Assembly: GCA_963707025.1 (NCBI GenBank)
Contig: CAVPOM010000007.1
Span: 128,001 to 192,000 of the forward strand
Direction of reading: 5' to 3'
DNA: 64,000 nucleotides
DNA from: an uncultured Verrucomicrobiae bacterium
GTDB lineage: Bacteria; Verrucomicrobiota; Verrucomicrobiia; Limisphaerales; Palsa-1400
The notes beneath the pieces are model-generated. The model saw only the letters and a list, made by a program, of their open reading frames with translations, had not been told where the DNA came from and did no database searches. Of this stretch, positions 31,592 to 40,837 are shown piece by piece. Made by a program: the position numbers and the translations under genes. How positions within the stretch are numbered: position 1 is the first letter of the stretch; each line of letters begins with the position of its first letter.

Positions 31592-32575
31592 TCACTTGGA
31601 TTGGCGGCGGGCCAGGACGGCCCCGCCGACTATGCCCGCGTCGTCCCCTTTCTTGGTGGCCACGATGTCCACCCCCTTGGTCGAACCGCTCATGCCGTAA
31701 TCCTGGGCGGTTTCCACGATAATGGCCATCATTTCCTCGCCCAGGGCGTCAATGACTCCGCCGCCCAGGACGACCACCTGGGGGTTGAGCAGATTGATGA
31801 CGTTGGCCACGGCGATGCCGGTGTATTCGGCGGCTTCCTCGACGATTTGCTCGACCAGTTTGTCGCCTTTTTTGATGGCCTTGCGCAGATCGCCGCTGCG
31901 CAGGTCCTTCAAATCAGGGCCCAGGGATTCGGTCAGGAGGGTCTTTTTGCCATCGGCCACCGCCTCGGAGAGTCGGCGGAAGATGGCGGTGCGGCTGGCC
32001 AGGGCTTCAAAACAGCCGCGGCTGCCGCAACCGCATTTGGGTCCGCCCACCTGCAGGACCATGTGGCCGATTTCCCCCGCCGTGCCAGTGAAGCCGGAAT
32101 ATAATTTGCCGCCCAGGATGATGCCGCCCCCGATGCCGGTGCCCAGGAAAATGCCCACGACGTGGCTGGGTTTGGCGGACAGTTCCGTCTCATAAACGCC
32201 CAGGATGGCGGCGTTGCAGTCGTTTTCCACGAAGACGGGGATGCCCAGTTGCTTTTCCAGCGTCTTTTTCAGGGGCACGTCCTCCCATTGCAGGTTGGGG
32301 GCGAAAATGATGCGGCCGGTCTCGAAATCCACCGTGCCCGGCGCGCCGATGCCAACGCCCTGAACCTGCTTGAGTTCCAGGTCGCATTCATCCACCGCGT
32401 CCCGCACGCTGCGGGCAATGCGCTCGATGACTTCCTCCGGCCCGCGCTCGGCCTTGGTGCTGAGCTTGGCGCGGCCCAGGCAGTTGAGGTCCGCGTCGAA
32501 GATGCCGGTCAGGATCTTGGTCCCGCCCAGGTCCACGCCGGCGAAGCATTGCAGTTTGGCGGTTGCTTCAGCCAT
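31592..32575 (-). CDS. ROK-family sugar kinase (glucokinase-like)
   Basis: GVDLGGTK, ENDCNAA, GTGIGGG, GEIGH, CGCGSRGCFEA. Confidence 0.9.
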   Translation of the reverse strand: MAEATAKLQCFAGVDLGGTKILTGIFDADLNCLGRAKLSTKAERGPEEVIERIARSVRDAVDECDLELKQVQGVGIGAPGTVDFETGRIIFAPNLQWEDVPLKKTLEKQLGIPVFVENDCNAAILGVYETELSAKPSHVVGIFLGTGIGGGIILGGKLYSGFTGTAGEIGHMVLQVGGPKCGCGSRGCFEALASRTAIFRRLSEAVADGKKTLLTESLGPDLKDLRSGDLRKAIKKGDKLVEQIVEEAAEYTGIAVANVINLLNPQVVVLGGGVIDALGEEMMAIIVETAQDYGMSGSTKGVDIVATKKGDDAGIVGGAVLARRQSK

Positions 32576-32577
32576 GG

Positions 32578-33330
32578 TTATTTGCCTGCCAGAACGCTTT
32601 CGATGCGTTTGCGCAGTTCGATATTGATTTCCTCGGGCGAGCGATGGCCGTTGACCATGGTAAAGTCGTAAGTGGCCTGCAATTCCTTGAATTTGAGCGC
32701 GACCAGGGTCTGATACTTGAGGAAGCTGTCAAACATATCGCGCGACAACCCCAGGTCCATGCCGCTTTCCCAGAAGTCCAGCGCCTGGTTTTTGGCGAAA
32801 TTGCGCTCCACCAGATCCTCCGGCAGCACGTTGAGATAAAATACCACGTCCGGCACCAGGGCGATGCCATAGAGGTTCTTCAGCCAGGCCATGTCCATGC
32901 CCCGCACCAGGTCGCGCACCATTAGCGTGTAAATGTAGCGGTCGGCCAGGACCATCATGCCGGCGCGCAAGCCGGGCAGGATGATGTTCTCCAACTGGTC
33001 GGCAAAATCCGTCGCGTAAAAAAGGCTGAAGGTGGTGCGGCTCAAAACGTTGCCCGCCTTGGCGTGGTCCAGTTCTTCGCTGACCAGGGTGGAGCGTTTG
33101 AGCCCCACCTGCACGGTGGCGTGGCCGCAGCCTTCCAGCCATTCCACCAGCCGGGCGATCTGGGTGGAGCGGCCCGACCCGTCGGCCCCTTCCACCACAA
33201 TGAGTTTGCCGCCCAGCTTGGTGAGGTCCATGCCCGGAACGCCCTGTCCGTAGAACTGCCGCGGCTTGGGCCGGGGCACCAGAATGCGCCGGGGATTGGT
33301 CTCAACGGGAATGCGCGCGGAACGTTTCAT
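32578..33330 (-). CDS. Thymidylate kinase-like protein, variant P-loop
   Basis: IVVEGADGSGRSTQ (Lys to Arg), ATDFAD, LADRY. Confidence 0.85.
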   Translation of the reverse strand: MKRSARIPVETNPRRILVPRPKPRQFYGQGVPGMDLTKLGGKLIVVEGADGSGRSTQIARLVEWLEGCGHATVQVGLKRSTLVSEELDHAKAGNVLSRTTFSLFYATDFADQLENIILPGLRAGMMVLADRYIYTLMVRDLVRGMDMAWLKNLYGIALVPDVVFYLNVLPEDLVERNFAKNQALDFWESGMDLGLSRDMFDSFLKYQTLVALKFKELQATYDFTMVNGHRSPEEINIELRKRIESVLAGK

Positions 33331-34022
33331 GATATGGGCAGCGGCTTGTGCAGCTTGTACTCTCTCAGGTCCACCCTGGCCGCCACCAGGTCCCGCACGA
33401 TGGCCTGCTGCGCCTCGATGGGCTGGTTGGCGTCAATGACCAGGAATTTAAATTCCGTGCTCATGGCCAGATACTCCTCCAAAATCCGCCCCTGGAAAAT
33501 GCGGAAGCTTTCGTAAGGGTCGGACGACAAATGCAAATCCATCCCCGCCTCGAAATACTTCAATTGCGGGCGTCCCTCCAGAATGCGTTGCAGCGAAACC
33601 TCCAGCGAGGCCTTGAAAAAAAACACCAGGTCCGGCATGGCGGCGAAATTATAAATGCCGCGCACCCATTCCGGCGGACAGCCCCGCACGGTGTCGCGGC
33701 CAAAAGCGGTGAAAATATAGCGGTCGCACAGGACGATGTAACCGGCGCGCAGCAGCGGCACCAACTGGCGTTCGTAGCGGTCGGCGAAATCGGTGGCGTG
33801 GATGAGGCTGAACGTGTTGGGCGAGAGCAGCTCGCGTTTTTTTCCCTTGCTCGTGGCGTTCTTGACCAGCTCGGACGAATTCCATTCGCTGAAAAACACC
33901 TTCAGCCCCTGCAATTCCAGCCAGCGTTTCAGCAGGTAGATTTGCGTGGATTTGCCCGACCCATCCAGGCCCTCGACGGCGAGGAGGCGTCCGGGAAACC
34001 CCAGTTCGGCAAATGTTTTCAT
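33327..34022 (-). CDS. Thymidylate kinase-like protein
   Basis: AVEGLDGSGKSTQ, ATDFAD, LCDRY, PDLVFF. Confidence 0.85.
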   Translation of the reverse strand: MKTFAELGFPGRLLAVEGLDGSGKSTQIYLLKRWLELQGLKVFFSEWNSSELVKNATSKGKKRELLSPNTFSLIHATDFADRYERQLVPLLRAGYIVLCDRYIFTAFGRDTVRGCPPEWVRGIYNFAAMPDLVFFFKASLEVSLQRILEGRPQLKYFEAGMDLHLSSDPYESFRIFQGRILEEYLAMSTEFKFLVIDANQPIEAQQAIVRDLVAARVDLREYKLHKPLPIS

Positions 34023-34104
34023 CCGCCCCCCATTAAACATCTTTCCCGCCGCCAAACAAACCAAATTTGTGGACCCCGCTCAGTTTTTGGCCGGGCCGGG
34101 AAAG

Positions 34105-34321
34105 GTAGGGCGGGCACTCCGCTGCCCGCCGCGCCTCGCCGCCAGTGGGCTTCTCTGCATGTCGCTTTGCCCCTGCGGCGCAAGGCCCGCTCCTTCCTGC
34201 CTCCGGGGAGCACACGTCCCGACAAGTCGGGATGTCCGGTTCAGCGCCCTCGCTGAACCCACTCGCCGGTGTCAGCGACGAGGGCGTCGCCGACGGCACG
34301 CGAGGGCGCGTGCGCTCCCCG
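34105..34321. repeat. REP-like palindrome cluster
   Basis: GTAGGGCGGGCA..TGCCCGCC; TCCCGAC-AA-GTCGGGA; GCGACG..CGTCGC..GCACGCG..CGCGTGCGCTCCCC. Confidence 0.55.
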
Positions 34322-34369
34322 AAATTGTCTGTTGCAGATGCCGCTGGCGGGGTTACTGTCTAAATCAAG

Positions 34370-34576
34370 ATGAAAACGATCGAAGCGATCATCGAACCGG
34401 GCGGCGAGGTGCGGTTGATTGAGCCGGTACAATTGCCGTCACCGCGGCGCGCCCTCGTCACGATCCTTGATGAGGCGCCGATCATCCACGAGGCGGCGCT
34501 TTTGAGCGAGGCCGCGTTGGCCGGGGATTGGAATCGCGCTGAGGAGGATGCCGCATGTGCTCATTTGCAGCCTTGA
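34370..34576 (+). CDS. Small orphan antitoxin-like protein
   Basis: EAII...GEVRLIEPV.L...RRALVTIL....ALLSEAALA.DWNR.EED pattern; from recall usually followed by a PemK/MazF gene, absent here. Confidence 0.55.
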   Translation: MKTIEAIIEPGGEVRLIEPVQLPSPRRALVTILDEAPIIHEAALLSEAALAGDWNRAEEDAACAHLQP

Positions 34577-34808
34577 CAAGTAAAGCTAACTATAACAACA
34601 CATGAGATAGAATTCGATAGGAGCAATTTTGGGAGAGTTTATGGGTGGACAAATCCACAGGAATACTGGTTCTTATGAGCGCTATTTTGAAACACCTCCC
34701 AATGGCCAGGGCCGTATGTGTTTGCGCCATGCCCATTGCCGGCATGGTTTTTCTTCAGTCCCAAATGTCGTTCATTCATGTCGATCCTGGAGGGCGAGAG
34801 CGGTTCGC

Positions 34809-35816
34809 TAGAGCGTTTCCATAAATGATATAGCTTGACTGGGGCGAGAGGGCTGGCAGGCTTGAGCCATGCGAGCGATACCCGTGTCTGCGCGCGAGCG
34901 CATCCTGCAACTCTATGAACAAGGCAAAAGCACCCGCGAGATCGCGGACTTTTTCGGCTTTTGCGTGGCGGCGGTGCGCCGGGTCCGGCAGCAGTTCCAA
35001 GAGCGCGGCACGCTCCAGCCGCAAACCCATTTGTGCGGGCGCAAAACGCTGCTGAACGCCGGACGCCAGGCTCGCCTGCAAAAGCTGGTGGCGGCCCAGC
35101 CCGACGCGACGTTGGCCGAGTTGGGGGCGCGTCTGGACCGCCCTTTCGGGACCTCCACTGTGGATTTGTGGCTGCGCAAACTGGGGTTGAGCTATAAAAA
35201 AAACGCTCTGCGCCGCCGAGCAGAACCGTCCGGACGTGGCCGAAAAGCGGGCCCATTGGCATGAGCGTCTGGCAAGTGACCCACCTGCCCGACTGGTCTT
35301 CGTGGATGAAAGCGGGGCCAACACCAAGATGACCCGTTTTTGCGGGCGGTCACCCGTGGGCCGAAGACTGGCGGCCCACGTCCCGCAGGGACATTATCAG
35401 ACCACCACCCTGGTCTGCGCCATTCGTCTGGCCGGGCCTGCGGCCCCCTGCCTCTTTGAGGGGGCCATGGACGGGGAAATGTTTTTGGCCTGGATCCAGC
35501 AGGGGCTGGTGGTGGAGTTGCGCAAGGGTGACTTGGTCATCATGGACAACTTGGCCACGCATAAGGTGACCGGAGTCCGCCAAGCCATCGAAGAGGCCGG
35601 GGCAACGCTGCTGTATCTGCCGCCCTATTCGCCAGACTTTAATCCCATCGAAAATATGTGGAGCAAGGTCAAACAAATTATGCGAGGTCTCGCGCCGCGA
35701 ACCGCCAAGGAACTGCTCCAAGCGGCGAAGATTGCCTTTGAAGCCATCTCCACCGCCGATTGCCGGGGCTTCTTTTTAAACGCCCGCTACGCTACATGAT
35801 TTATGGAAATGCTCTA
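34809..35816 (+). mobile_element. Complete IS630-family insertion sequence (coordinates include both flanking TA dinucleotides)
   Basis: TAGAGCGTTTCCATAAAT and ATTTATGGAAATGCTCTA are inverted, 17/18 match, TA at both ends. Confidence 0.93.
34869..35799 (+). CDS. IS630 transposase: HTH ORF plus DDE ORF joined at an A8 run (35196-35203)
   Basis: PDATLAEL, LGLSYKK; FVDESG, VIMDNLATHK, LPPYSPDFNPIE. Confidence 0.92.
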
Positions 35817-36256
35817 TCCCGATGCCTCTCTATGATTGGATGGTCGGTGCGGCCTTTATACTGACTAGTATAATACTTTGCGTGATAACTTTCAAACAAG
35901 GTTCGCAAATGGAGAAGGTTTTTGGTGCTATCGGCGCGCTCCTCACTGCGTTGCTTTTGAGAAGTTACGTCATCGTTTTATGGATCTCCACCCACCATTA
36001 GTTGCCAGTTGACCACATTGGCTATCAAAGCGGTCAGGCCATAGAACTGTGTTGCCCAAAACAGTGACAAAATGCAACCAGGCAGGTGGAAGGGGTGAAA
36101 CCGTACTTTTGCCCAATGAAATAGACAGGACCCTGCACAATTGGGTAAAAGGTGACCCCTTTGAAGGGTTACCGATAATCGCATAATTATCGTTTTCGTC
36201 CCGCATGGTGCGTCAGGTTCGCCAACGAGCCGGTGTCGCCCTGGCCTCGCGCCGCG

Positions 36257-37909
36257 CTATTTCCAATGACAGAGCCAGCCCCGCGCCTCCACCGTCAGCG
36301 GCTGCCCGTTGAGCACCACTTCTGCCGGCGCATCGTTGAAATTCTCCACCACCCAGCCTCCTTGAGTGAACAAATACAGCGCCACCCGGTTCGGCGCCCG
36401 AAAGACCGTGCCCAGCGCGCCCAGCAACGGCGCGCGCAGCTCGTCCAACTGCGCTTGCGGCAGCGCCAGCAGGGAAGCCGGTTGCCCTTTTACGGCCAGA
36501 ACATGCACGTTGGCCGCCTCCAGGTTGACCCGGCCCGCCAGGCGACGCGCCAGACCGTCTGTCAATAACAACGGCCGCCCGGTTTGGATGAAAGCCCCCA
36601 GTTCCGCCGCCAGGTTGGTGTCGGCCAGGGCGTCCGCGGAAAGGAAGGCGGCCGGGGCATTGGCCGGGAATTGATGGCAGGGCGCCAGCGGCAAGCCCAT
36701 CATGCCAATATAATCGAAGACGCACCGTTCCCCCTGCGGACTGCTGTTGGGCGGTTTGTAAGCGGCCAGCCCCACCGGCTCGCGCCGCCGCACCTCGCGC
36801 GCCACCGCGAGCAATTCGGGAATGTTGGTTCGCAGCGCCGCGATATCCGCCGGCCCGCTGTCGCGATGCAGCCCGCTGTAGCAGAACAGCATGGATTCGC
36901 GCGCGCCCGCCAACACGGTCTGCCGGGCTTGTTCCACGTAAGTATGCTCGGTGGTGCCTAGCCAGTCGTACCAGCCGCCGCCGCACTTTTCGCCGCCAAT
37001 CCCGCCCAGCCAGCGCATCAGAAAATATCCCCCGTACTGCGCGATTCCGCCCCAGTTCTTGTTGGTGTAGTCGCGGGTTTCGGTCCCCACCCAGATGCGG
37101 TCGAAGGCGGCGGTTTCCCGCGCCACGTCGTAGCCGCGTTCCTGGAATTCCTCATACCAATTGGGATATTTGATGATGAGCCGCGCCTTGGGGTTGACGC
37201 GCCTGGCTGCGCCCAGCAACCGGTCCTGCGACAGCCGCAGCAGCAATTCGCAGCGATAATCCGGCCAGGTGCCGCCGCTGACCGGATAGGTTTTGGGGCC
37301 GATGGCGACGGTCCGGCTGGCGCGCGCCGCGTCGCAATTCGAACAAGTGCAATCGGTACACCAGAAGTCGTCAATCATAATCTCATCGAACAGGCCGGCC
37401 GCGAACTCGAACACAGCCTGGAGATGGTCCTGGGTGGCGGGGTCGGTGTAACAGGTCAGGCTCCCCCAATGACCCGCCGAGGGCTTGCCCAGCCGGGTCG
37501 TCGTCACGCAGCCCGAGGCGAGGAATCCCGCCGCCCGGAAACGGTCCCGCGCCCGCGTCAGCGTTGGGCCATCCGCCTGCTGGCCATCGCGGTATTCCTC
37601 CAAATAAACCTTGGTCACCCCCGACTCCTGGCACCAGCGGATGGCTTCGGCCATCTCGGCCTCCGACGACAAATAGCTGCGAACGCACTGCACGGTGAAG
37701 AGCGTGGAGAAGCGGTGAATGTCCGCGGCCTGTTGGGCGGAGGTCCACAATTCCGGCGCCAGGGCGGACCCGGGGCCGGCGTGCAAGCGGGCCGTTCCAG
37801 TGAGGAAGGCAATGACCAGCCATCGCATCACCTCACTCCGCAACGTCCGCCGGCCGGCGGGCAAAGGCAGCTTTGCGCGTAAACGGTTCATAAACGGGTC
37901 CCGCATCAT
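36257..37909 (-). CDS. Secreted glycoside-hydrolase-like hypothetical protein; start uncertain
   Basis: DEIMIDDFWCTDCTCSNC, IIKYPNWYE, VGTETRD; signal-like MRWLVIAFL. Confidence 0.55.
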   Translation of the reverse strand: MMRDPFMNRLRAKLPLPAGRRTLRSEVMRWLVIAFLTGTARLHAGPGSALAPELWTSAQQAADIHRFSTLFTVQCVRSYLSSEAEMAEAIRWCQESGVTKVYLEEYRDGQQADGPTLTRARDRFRAAGFLASGCVTTTRLGKPSAGHWGSLTCYTDPATQDHLQAVFEFAAGLFDEIMIDDFWCTDCTCSNCDAARASRTVAIGPKTYPVSGGTWPDYRCELLLRLSQDRLLGAARRVNPKARLIIKYPNWYEEFQERGYDVARETAAFDRIWVGTETRDYTNKNWGGIAQYGGYFLMRWLGGIGGEKCGGGWYDWLGTTEHTYVEQARQTVLAGARESMLFCYSGLHRDSGPADIAALRTNIPELLAVAREVRRREPVGLAAYKPPNSSPQGERCVFDYIGMMGLPLAPCHQFPANAPAAFLSADALADTNLAAELGAFIQTGRPLLLTDGLARRLAGRVNLEAANVHVLAVKGQPASLLALPQAQLDELRAPLLGALGTVFRAPNRVALYLFTQGGWVVENFNDAPAEVVLNGQPLTVEARGWLCHWK

Positions 37910-38025
37910 CGCATGTTTTTATTTTCTTCGTGTATGGCGCGGCAAGTTCGCCAAAGAACCAGCCCACCCAAGTTTATTCGCCTGGCCATCCCGTTCAAGT
38001 TCATTCCCGCCAAACGGACCGGCAG

Positions 38026-38379
38026 GGTGTGAGACAAAATTATTCCTTGAAAGCCGTCGTGCAGGGAGAATCAGGGCATTTAGTATATAGGCTTCGCATA
38101 CACAGCCGCCTCGTCCGGCTTTCTCTTGAAGGCACGAACAAGCACAGGAGGAAAACGTTAGGTTGAGGCGAACCCAAAAGCCGGGTCAGTGGAAAAGCCC
38201 GACCTCACCCCGGCCCTCTCCTCCCGGAGAGGGTGAAACATCGGCCGCCCTGGCGAAAGGCCAGCGCCGGGTTTTGCAGGACTCGCCTGCGCCCAAGCCG
38301 AGGCGGGCGATGTCGGTTCCTTCTCCCAGGGGGAGAAGGTCAGGATGAGGGCGAGCCACGAAGAATTTTGTCTCACGCC
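38026..38379. mobile_element. MITE-like 354-bp non-coding element
   Basis: GGTGTGAGACAAAATTATTC (38026-38045) and GAAGAATTTTGTCTCACGCC (38360-38379) are inverted, 18/20 match; internal REP-like hairpins. Confidence 0.6.
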
Positions 38380-38716
38380 TGATCGGCAGGATGATCGGTG
38401 CAATCCGGGCAGTTCCCGATTGGTGCTTCGCCGTTTTCAGTGGAATCGAGCCACCGCTCAACGCCCGCTGAAGCCAAGCCTCTGGCGGCCAGGGAGTCCC
38501 GCCTGTTCCAGCCGCTTCTTAATTTTGCATTCTGCATTTTGCATTCGGCATTTTCTTCAAACCGGGGCTTGACAAAAATTAGAACCTATGGTTGAATTGT
38601 CAGCGTGAGGCACGTAGGCACAGGCCGGGGTCCGTTTCGGCAGGGAGCGCCCAGCGCGGGCGCGGAGCGCGCGGCGAATTGCCCGCCCCGCGCAACACCA
38701 AAAGGGAGGGCGGCTG

Positions 38717-38776
38717 ATTTCAGCTATTTTCACCTGGTTTCACTTGTTTTCACCTAATTTCACCTAATTTCATTTC
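38717..38776. repeat. Six tandem 10-mers, consensus (A/T)TTTCACCT(A/G)
   Basis: ATTTCAGCTA TTTTCACCTG GTTTCACTTG TTTTCACCTA ATTTCACCTA ATTTCATTTC. Confidence 0.85.
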
Positions 38777-38802
38777 CCGGCCCCAGGGGGGGTGGGCTTC
38801 CC

Positions 38803-40837
38803 ATGCGACTAAATTTATCATTTGGCATTTTTCATTTGTCATGGCTCTTGGCGTTCAGCCTGGCCGCCGTGCGCGTGGAGGCGGCGGAGGTTGTCTTCTA
38901 TGTCGTGCCGGGCAGCAACGGGGTTTGGTTCGGCCAGTCGCCCGCGCTGTCCGCGGGCGGCAAGGGAGCGACGGCGGGCAGCCTGCCGGCGGTGGTTGAG
39001 GCGGTCCGCGCCGCCCGGAAGGGCCTCGGGCCGGATTCGCCGGCAACCATCTTCCTGCGCGGCGGCACTTACGAGCTGGCCGCGCCGCTGGTCCTGACGC
39101 CTGAAGACTCCGGTTCTGACGCTCGCCGCCTATGGCAGCGAGAAGCCTGTGCTCAGCGGAGGGCGGAGGATCACGGGCTGGCGAACGGTCGCCGGCAAGC
39201 CCGGCTGGTGGGAAGCAGAAATTCCCGCCGTGCGGGAGGGCGCGTGGTATTTCCGTTCGCTCTTCGTCAGCGGACGCCGGGCGCAGCGGGCGCGCACGCC
39301 CAACGAAGGCTTCTTTCGCATTGACGGCGACAGCCCGCAGGAACATCCGGCCCGGCTGCATTTCCACGGCGGCGACATCAAGCCGGAGTGGGCCCAGGCG
39401 GGAGACGTTGAGGTGGTGGCCTTGTTGGCGTGGGCGGACTTCCGCATGTTCATCCGCGCGGTGGATGCCAACAACCACGTTGCGACGCTCTCGGCCAACC
39501 CGCGTCCTTCCAACAAGGAAAACAACGCTCGCTATTTCATCGAAAACGCGCCGGACGGCCTGGACGCGCCCGGCGAATGGCGTCTCGACCGGAGGACCGG
39601 CCTGCTGACCTATATTGCCAGGCCGGGCGAGGATTTGACCAAGGCCGAGGTCATCGCGCCGCAGTTGGAGGAATTGGCGCTTCTGCAAGGCGACTTGGCG
39701 GCGCAGCGGCCTGTCAGGAATGTGACCCTGCGGGGGCTGACCTTCAGCCACACCGACTGGACGGTGCCCGCCGAAGGCTACGCCGACACGCAGGCGGCCG
39801 TGGGCGTGCCTGGCGGCATCAGGGCCGAGGGCGCGACGGACTGCGTTTTGCAAAGCTGCACCTTCACACGCCTGGCCGGCTACGCGGTCGAACTGGGGCG
39901 CGGCTGCCAGCGCGACCAGGTCAGCCGTTGCCAGATGTTCGATCTGGGCGCCGGGGGCGTTCGCCTGGGCGAGCCGGAGAAGCGCCCCGGCGCGTTGGAG
40001 CAGAACCACAGCCACACAATTATTGACAACCACATTCACCACGGGGGCCTGGTTTATCCGCCGGCGGTGGGGGTTTTTATTCTGCAAAGCGGCAGCAACC
40101 TGGTGGCGCACAACGAAATTGACCACCTTTATTACACGGCGATTTCGGCGGGCTGGACCTGGGGCTACCAGGAGTCGCCTTGCCGGGAAAACATCATCGA
40201 GTTCAATCATCTGCACGACCTTGGCCAGGGGATGCTCAGCGACATGGGGGGCGTCTATACGCTGGGCCTCCAGCGCGGCACGATCATCCGCCACAATCTT
40301 ATTCACGATGTGGAGAGCTTCACCTACGGCGGGTGGGGCCTTTACACCGATGAAGGGAGTTCGGAAATCCTGCTGGAGAACAATGTCGTTTATCGCTGCA
40401 AGAGCGCCGGCTTTCACCAGCATTACGGGCGGGAGAATGTCCTGCGCAACAACATTTTTGCCTTTAACCGCGAGGCGCAGCTCATGCGCACCCGCAACGA
40501 GGAACACACCTCCTTTTTCTTCACCAATAACATCGTGCTGTTCGACTCCGGCACGCTCCTCGGCGGCAACTGGCAGGGGGACCACTACCTGATGGACCGC
40601 AACGTCTATTGGGATGCCCGCCCCGGGGCCGGGCCGGGCGGAATGCTTTTTTCAGGCGTGACTCTGGAGAACTGGCGCGCGCGGGGGCACGACCTGCACT
40701 CGCTCATCGCCGACCCGCTCTTCGTCGCGCCCAGGGAATGGGATTTCCGGTTGAAGACCGACTCGCCCGCCTTGCCGCTCGGGTTCAAACCGATGGCCTT
40801 GACCGGGGCGGGAGTGCGCCAGGGAGGTTCTCAATGA
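38803..40837 (+). CDS. Secreted right-handed parallel beta-helix protein (frameshift near 39130)
   Basis: Signal peptide, LRGGTYEL..PLVLTPEDSG, LSGGRRITGW, RARTPN, GMLSDMGGVYTLG, YGGWGLYTDEGS. Confidence 0.8.

Larger units (their letters stand above)
34675..36001 (+). pseudogene. 106-aa AT-rich membrane protein gene split by IS630
   Basis: Joining 34675-34810 to 35817-36001 gives 321 nt in one frame: MSAILKHL..RERFA/IPMPLYDW..WISTHH*. Confidence 0.75.

Noticed and set aside
31592..32575. Polyphosphate glucokinase call for the ROK gene
   Set aside because: It keeps the CxCGxxGCxE zinc motif of ordinary ROK kinases; polyP use cannot be read from the sequence
38569..38597. LexA-type SOS box near TTGACA (GAACCTATGGTT)
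   Set aside because: Poor palindrome and no repair gene downstream
38717..38776. Possible CRISPR array
   Set aside because: Contiguous 10-mers without spacers; no cas genes; no 23-47-bp spaced repeats seen in the window
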